NCBI GenBank assembly: GCA_963719515.1
Contig: CAVRCJ010000011.1
Coordinates: 96,001-160,000 of the forward strand
DNA from: an uncultured cyanobacterium
GTDB lineage: Bacteria > Cyanobacteriota > Cyanobacteriia > CAKZMO01
Direction of reading: 5' to 3'
Length of the DNA stretch: 64,000 bases
Part shown: positions 10,369 through 18,500 of the stretch, one piece after another
Layout: every line of letters begins with the position of its first letter
How positions within the stretch are numbered: position 1 is the first letter of the stretch
Program-made: the position numbers and the translations under genes
Notes under the pieces: generated by a model
What the model saw: only the letters and a program-made list of their open reading frames with translations
Told to the model about the DNA's origin: nothing
Database searches by the model: none

Positions 10369-10669
10369 GCGTTGGCCGTTGTGTAGCAAATCTTACGGCT
10401 GGCGGCAAATTCTGACGTCGGTATTACAGTGCTAAAAGTCATAGGGTTTCCCGTTTGGTTTAATACTGGGCAATTCCCTAAGCGCTTAAATGCCTTGCTT
10501 ATCGGTGCCGCCGATTACTGGTTCAGAATTTGTGCAAGTAATAACTTATGTAAAACTAAAGCTTTATTTATGTCTTTAGACAGTCTTAAAAGCTTACTAT
10601 GCTTCGCTATATTTTAGACATGGAAGAAGTCGCGACTGTTCATCAAAATACCTTACTTTGGAGACAAGC

Positions 10670-10942
10670 ATGAACATTTTAGCCTGGGCTATATTGGGTT
10701 TAATTGCTGGTGCAATTGCTAAAGCTATCTACCCCGGTCATCAGAGTGGTGGCATTTTAGGCACATTAATTTTGGGCGTGATTGGAGCCTTTTTGGGCGG
10801 TACTCTTTTCACGCTCTTGACTACCGGCTCATTAGCCTTAACGGCGTCTAGCCTAAGTATCGGCGGCGTTTTTGTTGCTGTTTTAGGCGCGATCATCGCC
10901 CTGTTCATCTACTATGCAGCAACTAAGCGCACAACGGTGTAG
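10670..10942 (+). CDS. GlsB/YeaQ/YmgE family stress-response membrane protein
   Basis: MNILAWAILGLIAGAIAKAIYPG signature; RBS GGAG. Confidence 0.9.
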   Translation: MNILAWAILGLIAGAIAKAIYPGHQSGGILGTLILGVIGAFLGGTLFTLLTTGSLALTASSLSIGGVFVAVLGAIIALFIYYAATKRTTV

Positions 10943-10965
10943 CTAGAGATTGCCAATAGCTTAGC

Positions 10966-11007
10966 AAAGCCTTGAAGCCGCTTATTGGAGCGGCTTCAAG
11001 GCTTTTT
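10966..11007 (+). terminator. Intrinsic terminator (possibly bidirectional)
   Basis: AAAGCCTTGAAGCCGCT-loop-AGCGGCTTCAAGGCTTTTT perfect stem. Confidence 0.85.
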
Positions 11008-11050
11008 CACGTCACAATAGTTGTACCTTTAATTCTAGTAAGTTATCCGA

Positions 11051-12406
11051 ATGAAGCTTAACGTGAGCAATCGAGAACGGTGTAAAGCTCTAAAGCAAGC
11101 GCTGAGCACTTTTGTGCTAGATGCCGAAGGAGACTTGGCGATCGCTTTAGAGACATACAGTTCCCGACGTTTGAGGCAGTGGTCAGACGCAAAGCTTCAA
11201 GGCATTGATTGTTCTGGTTTAGCAATTGATATGTTTATCACCGAAGGTCAAGTTAATGGCCAATCGGTGCTAGATATTTTTGCAGCGAACCAGCCCAGAC
11301 TATCTGAGACAGATCAAGCGCTTGTTAAGGGCTGGAAGGACACTTTCAACGGTCTGTTTGTCGTTCTTCAGGTCACCCCGCAGGGCTATGAGCTCATGAA
11401 CTGGCTGACTGAAAAGCAGTATTGGGTGCAGTCTAGCGGCCTACAATCAGAGGAACGGCTGGCTCGATTGTCTCCTGGTGAGATCGTTGCCGTTCGGCTG
11501 TCGCCCGTTCCAGAAGCTGATTGGATATTTTCAGGGCCTTTGCTGCTGTTAGGAAAGCTAGGAAAACCCAAGCTAGCTGTTGCTATTGGTAACTTTAAAA
11601 ACTGGTTCCCCAACTATCTTTATGGAGATGCCCCTGACCTTTTGGAGGAGGCCTGGAAATCGGTAAAGCACTACCACGATGAGTTTGTACAGTTCTTTGA
11701 AGCAGAGCGGGTTACGCTTTCAGGGTATGAGCTCAACAAAAAGCTGAACGCGTATCAAGAATTTGCTACTCAGCGCCAGCTAGAACGCACAGGGATAGAC
11801 AGCTCTAAGTCTTTGAAAGACCTGATGGACCAGGCTGGTGTGTCACAGGAAGAGGTTTCCGAATCGGTTGAATCCCTCGGGGCGGAGGGCCGCCAGGTGA
11901 AGCGCCTACTAGAGAGTTCAAAATCGGTGAAGATGGTGATGCCGCCTCTCAAGCTTCCAGATGACCTGCGCAAGGCGGAGGCGGTTACGGTGTTTGTCCA
12001 TCCGCGCTGGGGACAGATGATGTTGAAAGACTACGGGCAGATGACTCAGCTGCTTGAAGCCGCAGACGAGGCATCGCTAGCCAAGCTAGATCTGTTCGTC
12101 CATCGGTACCTCAAAAACGAGGCCGCGACTGCCTACGTTTGGCAATCCTTGGCTGAGGAGAATCCGGAGGCGCTAGAAGCGGCGCTCAGCCGGGTTCTTG
12201 ACCGCCCAGTTTCCCTTCAAGATGACCTAGAGAAGATTTTACTCGAGTTTGGAAAGTCCCTTGAACCGAAGCTTCCAGAGGTTGCCAGTGTCCCTGTTCA
12301 CCTGCACAACCTGTTTCAAGAGGCGCTGCAGGAGGTGAACGGTAGTTCATCGAAGAAAAAGGCAAAAGGCAAGCGGAAGCAAAAAGCTGGTTTTGCGGCT
12401 CTTTAG
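11051..12406 (+). CDS. Hypothetical protein (451 aa, Lys-rich tail)
   Basis: Long open frame with normal composition; KKKAKGKRKQKAGF C-terminus; family not recognised. Confidence 0.8.
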   Translation: MKLNVSNRERCKALKQALSTFVLDAEGDLAIALETYSSRRLRQWSDAKLQGIDCSGLAIDMFITEGQVNGQSVLDIFAANQPRLSETDQALVKGWKDTFNGLFVVLQVTPQGYELMNWLTEKQYWVQSSGLQSEERLARLSPGEIVAVRLSPVPEADWIFSGPLLLLGKLGKPKLAVAIGNFKNWFPNYLYGDAPDLLEEAWKSVKHYHDEFVQFFEAERVTLSGYELNKKLNAYQEFATQRQLERTGIDSSKSLKDLMDQAGVSQEEVSESVESLGAEGRQVKRLLESSKSVKMVMPPLKLPDDLRKAEAVTVFVHPRWGQMMLKDYGQMTQLLEAADEASLAKLDLFVHRYLKNEAATAYVWQSLAEENPEALEAALSRVLDRPVSLQDDLEKILLEFGKSLEPKLPEVASVPVHLHNLFQEALQEVNGSSSKKKAKGKRKQKAGFAAL

Positions 12407-12770
12407 CAAGGTTTAAGTCGCCCTTATTGACGGAGGTTGGGCTATCTCACTTTCGCCAAATTCGGCGATCGCGGCTTGATGACTGGCAGTACTCACGCAG
12501 CACGTTGGATCTTGCTGAAGCAGAGCTCTAAGCCCTTTTTTAGGGCAGGCCCCAGGCTCACCTTGACCCCTGGTGCATCGGGGTACTCCAGCCACATCGA
12601 TGAGTCGGGAGAGAGCGAGCTCCACCCATATTGCTCTAATTGGCTTTGGCCTTTGTCGTTGAGGGTGTAGATTCTCTGCGATGTCCTCAAAACCACCAGC
12701 GCCTCTAAGCCGTAGTAGTCCGCATTGCGCTGCGTGTTGACTACTGCGTTGCCTTCGCTGTCGGACGACT

Positions 12771-13039
12771 CGAAGCCTACCAACCCACCTATCTTGACTC
12801 CCGCCTCGATCGCGAAGCCGAAGCGCCAACGGCAGACTGCAGCCCAAACTCAGCAGGCGGCCAAATCGGTGGGAGGGGTGGCCCGCACGGCACCGGAGCT
12901 GCTGCAGGAGGTGGTCAACCTGACAGAAACCACCACCGCCGTTGTGGGCACCTTCGTCCCTGACGTTAAGCAGTGAGCGCTGCTCGTTGTGTAGAAAATC
13001 TTACGGCTGGTGGCAAATTCTGACGTCGGTATTACAGTG
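12771..13039 (+). pseudogene. Mosaic relic: WD40-gene 3' end fragment + internal glyS fragment + glyS 3' end/3' UTR
   Basis: 12771-12834 aligns to 19725-19791; ~12841-12963 aligns to glyS ~8895-9018; 12964-13039 matches 10356-10431 (6 mismatches in 76 nt). Confidence 0.85.
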
Positions 13040-13198
13040 TTAACAGATATAGCAAAGGTCCTGATGCATTAGGACCTTTGCGCGTCTGGTTGCCTAGGCG
13101 ATGTCTAGCTTTAAGCCGAAAGCGTTGTCTTAAGCAACCCGGCCAGCGCAACCAATCGCCCAGCGCCCCAAGCAAGCTGCCCAAACCACCACCCCGCG

Positions 13199-13865
13199 AT
13201 GTGCCCCCAGACGATTTTGATTCTGTCGGCAAATCCTAAAGGCACCCCGGCCCTGCGCCTCGACGAGGAGGTGCGGGAAATCAAGGCGGGCCTAGAGCGA
13301 TCGCCCCACCGCGATTTGTTTCGCATTGAGCAGGCGGAGGCGGTGACGCCGCGAGACGTGCAGCGGGCGATGCTGAAGCATGAGCCGCAGAATTGTACAT
13401 TTTTGCGGCCACGGCAAGGGGGAAGACGGCATCTTGATGGAGGGCGTCGGCGGTCAGCCGCAGCTGGTGAGCGAGCGGGCGCTGTCGAAGCTGTTTGAGC
13501 TGTTTGCCGACGAGATTGACTGCGTGCTGCTCAACGCCTGCTACTCGGCGGTGCAGGCGCGGGGCATCGCTCAGCATATTGGCTCGGTGGTGGGGATGAG
13601 CAAGGCCATCGGCGATCGCGCGGCAATTGAGTATGCGGTGAGCTTTTACGATGCGCTGGGGGGTGGGCGAGATTTTGAGTTTGCCCATCGGCTGGGGTGC
13701 AATGCGATCGAGCTGATGGGGATTGACGAGGCGCTGGTGCCGGTGTTGGTTCAGAAGGGTGATGGCCTCCTTTCGTCTTCTGCGGCTGATACCGCTGGCG
13801 AAAGGTTGGGCGAAGGCTGCTCAGTCCCCCAAAATTGGGGGACTTTGACATTGGAAGCCCTCTAA
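13199..13865 (+). pseudogene. CHAT (caspase-like) protease domain, frameshifted by one extra base at ~13391
   Basis: ILILSANPKGT..LRLDEEVREI...HEPQ / IVHFCGHG...VLLNACYS; His and Cys dyad retained; CAG-A-ATT frameshift. Confidence 0.85.
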
Positions 13866-13914
13866 ATCCCCCAATCGACGACCTTCGGTCACGCTCCGCG
13901 AAGGGAGACTTTGA
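13821..13914. repeat. Cyanobacterial palindromic repeat doublet (TCCCCCAA..GGG(G/A)GACTTTGA) between CHAT and TIR
   Basis: Two related units; the second contains an extra ~25-nt segment; supplies the in-frame TAA at 13863. Confidence 0.65.
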
Positions 13915-13928
13915 CGTAGCTGACCCGC

Positions 13929-15527
13929 TTGAGCGGCCAGACTGCCCATGTCTTCGTCAGCTACAAGCGCGGCGTGGAGCCAGATGAGCGGGTGGCCAAG
14001 GCGATTTACGAGGCGCTCTCGCCTCAGCATGAGGTGTTCATTGACCAGACGATGCCGGTGGGCACCCGGTGGATGGAGCGCATCGATGCGGAGATTCAGC
14101 GATCGCACTTTATGGTGGTGCTGCTGTCAGCGCATTCGGTGCAGAGCGAGATGGTGATCCTGGAGCTGGAGAAGGCGCAGCACAACGCGAGCCATGCGGG
14201 ACGACCTAAGCTGCTGCCGGTGCGGCTGGGGTATCGGGAGCCGTTTCAGTATCCGCTGAGCGAGTATTTGAACCCGATTAACTGGGCTTTTTGGCAAGAC
14301 GAGGGGGATACGGCGCGGCTGGTGCAGGAGCTGGAGGGGGCGATCGCGGGGCAGCCGCTCACCATTGAGACCCAGGCGGCGAAAGACGAGCTGGTGACGC
14401 CGGAGCCGGACGCGGAGCCTATTGAGGCCCCGCCGCCCCCCATCGCTCAGCCCCATCAAGCTAGAGCCCATCAAGCTAGGGCCCATCAAGCTAGGGGCCA
14501 TCAAGCCAAAGCCCCAGAAAAGCTGGAGCTGCCGGAAGGCACCATGACCGTGGAGTCGCAGTTTTACGTGGCGCGGCAGGCAGACCGCATTGCCCTAGAG
14601 ACCATTGGCGAACGGGGGGTGACGCTGACGATTAAAGGGGCGCGGCAGGTGGGCAAAAGCTCGCTGTTGATTCGGGTGATGGCGGCGGCGCGGCAGGCGG
14701 GAAAGCGGGTGGCGTTTCTGGATTTCCAGATGTTTGACAAGACCACGCTGCACAGCGCCGACGCGTTTTTCTATCAGTTTTGCCTGTGGCTGAGCGATGC
14801 GCTGGAGGTGGAGGACGAGGTGGACGCCTACTGGCAGCGCCCGGAGGGCAACCGCCAGCGCTGCACCCGCTATATGCGACGGCACATTTTGCCGAAGCTG
14901 ACCGGGTCGCTGGTGCTGGCCATGGATGAGGTGGAGAGCATTTTTGATACGCCGTTTCGCACGGATTTCTTTGGCATGCTGCGCAGCTGGCACAACCAGC
15001 GGGCCAGTAGCGACTCCTGGCGCAAGATCGACCTGGCGCTGGTGACCTCTACCGAACCGTATCAGCTGATTGACGACCTGAACCAGTCGCCCTTCAACGT
15101 GGGGGAGGTGCTGGATTTGGAGGATTTCTCTATGGCCCAGGTGCTGGAGCTAAACCAGCGCCACGGCGAGACGCTGACGCCCGCTCAGGCGCAGCAGCTG
15201 ATGGGGCTGGTGAACGGCCATCCGTATTTGGTGCGCAAGGCGCTGTATCTGGTAGCGCGGGGGCGGATGACGGCGGCAGAGCTGTTTGACCAGGCGGCGC
15301 AGGAGCGCGGCCCGTTTGGCGATCACCTACGCTATCACCTGTTTCGCGTTTACGATAAGCCGGAGCTGGTGGCGGCGCTGCTAAAAATCATTCGCCAGCG
15401 CAGCTGCCCGGATGAGCGGCTGTTTTTCCGGCTGCGGGGGGCGGGGCTGGTGCGGCGCGACGGCCAGGCTATTGCGCCTCGGTGTGAGCTGTATGGGATT
15501 TATTTTCAGGAGCATTTGCGTGGGTAA
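13929..15527 (+). CDS. TIR + AAA_35 (AAA-like) P-loop NTPase; probably the C-terminal part of a CHAT-TIR-AAA_35 gene
   Basis: VFVSYKR...FIDQ...VVLLS..S..SEMVILEL TIR; Walker A GARQVGKSS; Walker B LAMDE; SPFNVG; GHPYL; same frame as the CHAT C-half. Confidence 0.85.
   Translation: MSGQTAHVFVSYKRGVEPDERVAKAIYEALSPQHEVFIDQTMPVGTRWMERIDAEIQRSHFMVVLLSAHSVQSEMVILELEKAQHNASHAGRPKLLPVRLGYREPFQYPLSEYLNPINWAFWQDEGDTARLVQELEGAIAGQPLTIETQAAKDELVTPEPDAEPIEAPPPPIAQPHQARAHQARAHQARGHQAKAPEKLELPEGTMTVESQFYVARQADRIALETIGERGVTLTIKGARQVGKSSLLIRVMAAARQAGKRVAFLDFQMFDKTTLHSADAFFYQFCLWLSDALEVEDEVDAYWQRPEGNRQRCTRYMRRHILPKLTGSLVLAMDEVESIFDTPFRTDFFGMLRSWHNQRASSDSWRKIDLALVTSTEPYQLIDDLNQSPFNVGEVLDLEDFSMAQVLELNQRHGETLTPAQAQQLMGLVNGHPYLVRKALYLVARGRMTAAELFDQAAQERGPFGDHLRYHLFRVYDKPELVAALLKIIRQRSCPDERLFFRLRGAGLVRRDGQAIAPRCELYGIYFQEHLRG
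14452..14511 (+). repeat. 15-bp in-frame tandem repeat (AHQAR-like, 4 copies) in the TIR-AAA linker
   Basis: CCCATCAAGCTAG(A/G)G units. Confidence 0.85.
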
Positions 15528-18500
15528 GCCAAACCGCAATATCTACACCCCTGGAGGCACGGTGCAGGCAGGGCAGGGCATCTATTTAGAGCGGCAGGCC
15601 GACGCGCAGCTGCTGCAGCTTTGCCAGGAGGGGGTGTTTGCCTATGTGCTGACTTCGCGGCAGATGGGCAAGTCGAGCCTGATGGTGCATACGGCGCGGC
15701 GGCTGGCGACCGAAGGGGTGGTGACCCTAATTGTGGACCTGACGGATGTGGGGGTGCAGGATGTGACGGCGGATGCCTGGTATCGGGGCTTTTTGCTGGA
15801 GATTGAGGCGAAGCTGGAGTCGCAGGAGCGGTTTTTGGATACCGATGTGTATGCCTGGTGGGAGGCGCACCACTATTTGACGGTGTCGCAAAAGCTGTCG
15901 CGGTTTTTCCGCCATGTGCTGCTGGAGGAGGTGGAGGGGCCGGTGGTGGTGTTTGTGGATGAGATTGACACGACCTTGAGCCTGGATTTTACGGACGACT
16001 TTTTTATTACGATTCGCTCGTTTTATACGGCGAGGGCGCAGGATGCGGCGTTTCAGCGGCTGTCGTTTGTGCTGATTGGGGTAGCGACGCCGGGGGATTT
16101 GATTGTGGACTCGAAGCGAACGCCGTTTAATATTGGCCAGCGGGTGGAGCTGACGGATTTTGGCTATGGGGAGGCGCTGCCGCTGGCGGCGGGGCTAGCG
16201 CTGGGGGGGACGGCTCTGGCTGGAGACGGGCCTGGAGGGACAAGCGCAGCGGGGCGGGAGCGGGAGGTTTTTGAGCGGGTGCTGCACTGGACGGGGGGGC
16301 ATCCGTATTTGACGCAGCGGTTGTGCATTGAGCTGGCGCGGTATGGAGGTGGGGGTGAGCCGACTGGTCTTACCCCCCTTAGTCCCCCCTTAGAAGGTGT
16401 GATAGAGCCTACACAAGCTGGTTTTACCCCCTCTAACTCCCCCTTAGAAGGTGTGATAGAGCCTACACAAGCTGGTTTTACCCCCTCTAACTCCCCCTTG
16501 CTAAGGGGGAGAACTGGAGGCTTCCGCGCAGCGCGTCCGCAGGATGCAGGGGAGTTAGAGGGGGTGAACCCGAACGCTGAACTCTCGGCCAAAACCGTTG
16601 ACCAAGTTGTCAGCCGCACCTTCTTTGGTGAGAAGAGCGAGCAGGACAACAATCTGCAGTTTGTGCGGGATATGCTGACTACTCGATCGCCTAACGTGCT
16701 GGAGGGGCTGGCGATTTACCGGGCGGTTTGGCGGGGGCGGCGGCCCGTGGTGGATGAGGAGCAGTCGATTGTTAAGTCGCATTTGAAGCTGTCGGGGGGG
16801 GTGAAGCGGCAGGGGCAGCGGCTGGTGGTGCGCAATGAGATTTACCGGCGGGTGTTTGATGGGCGGTGGGTGCGGGAGCATTGGCCGGAGGGGGTGTGGG
16901 AGCGGCTGAGGCCGGCGATGCCGTTGATTGCGGGGCTGACGGTGGTGGCGCTGGGGATGAGCGGGCTGGCGGCCTATGCAGTGGGGCAGCGGAACCGGGC
17001 AGAGCAGCAGACGGCACTTTTAGAAGAGGCACTACTGCGGGAAGAAGAGCAGCGGGAGTTTGCCTTGAATAAGGCAGAAGAGGCCGAGGCAAATGCGAAA
17101 CAAGCCAGGCAGAACGAAGCAGAGGCGACGCGGCAATCAACGCGGGCTGAGAAAAATTTGAAAGACGCCCAACTGGCTCAGCAGCAGGCGGAAGCGGCGA
17201 AGCTGGCGGAGCAGGGGCAGCGGCAAGAGGCTGAAACACAAACGGCTATTGCGCAAGAACAAACCACAATTGCGCAGGAGCAAACCGTTTTGGCAGAGCA
17301 GCGGCTTGAGGAAGCAGATTCTGCAACGCTCTTGGCAAAGCAACGGTTGAGTGAAGCCGATGCGGCGAAGCTGCAGGCTGAACAAGAAAGCCGCATTTCG
17401 CTGGCGCGGCAGCTTGCGGCACAATCAGAATACTCGCGACGTCAGCGACTTGATCTGTTCCCTCGAAGCATCTTGCTGGCAGTCGAATCGATGAAGCGGC
17501 TGATGGACTCATCCACATCCACCGCAGACACCCACCAAGCGCTCCATAGCCTAAAAACCTTGCCCCCCAAAGCATCCCGCATTGCCCATGAGGGGGCTGT
17601 CTATGACGTGCGGTTTAGCCCCGACGGGCGCTACCTGGCAACCGGCAGTAGGGACAATACGGCGCGGGTGTGGGACGTTGCGGCAAACCAAGAGGTGGCC
17701 CGCATTGCCCATGAGGGGTGGGTCGTTGACGTGCGGTTTAGCCCCGACGGGCGCTACCTGGCAACCGGCAGTGAAGACGGTACGGCGCGGGTGTGGGACG
17801 TTGTGGCAAACCAAGAGGTGGCCCGCATTGCCCATGAGGGGTCGGTCGTTGACGTGCGCTTTAGCCCCGACGGGCGCTACCTGGCAACCGGCAGTGAAGA
17901 CGGTACGGCGCGGGTGTGGGACGTTACGGCAAACCAAGAGGTGGCCCGCATTGCCCATGAGGGGTGGGTCGTTGACGTGCGGTTTAGCCCCGACGGGCGC
18001 TACCTGGCAACCGGCAGTTTGGACAATACGGCGCGGGTGTGGGACGTTGCGGCAAACCAAGAGGTGGCCCGCATTGCCCATGAGGGGTCGGTCTATGACG
18101 TGCGGTTTAGCCCCGACGGGCGCTACCTGGCAACCGGCAGTGAAGACGGTACGGCGCGGGTGTGGGACGTTGTGGCAAACCAAGAGGTGGCCCGCATTGC
18201 CCATGAGGGGTGGGTCGTTGACGTGCGCTTTAGCCCCGACGGGCGCTACCTGGCAACCGGCAGTGAAGACGGTACGGCGCGGGTGTGGGACGTTGCGGCA
18301 AACCAAGAGGTGGCCCGCATTGCCGAGGGGTCTGTCGTTGACGTGCGGTTTAGCCCCGACGGGCGCTACCTGGCAACCGGCAGTAGGGACAATACGGCGC
18401 GGGTGTGGGACGTTGCGGCAAACCAAGAGGTGGCCCGCATTGCCCATGAGGGGTGGGTCGTTGACGTGCGGTTTAGCCCCGACGGGCGCTACCTGGCAAC

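Noticed and set aside
12493..12783. 96-aa minus-strand ORF
   Set aside because: Its start lies in the antisense of the WD40 relic, it has no RBS and I recognise no family; may be a gene remnant but cannot be supported.
13052..13081. Hairpin GCAAAGGTCCT/AGGACCTTTGC before the CHAT gene
   Set aside because: Single copy in the window with no U-tract; cannot distinguish a REP remnant, operator or terminator.
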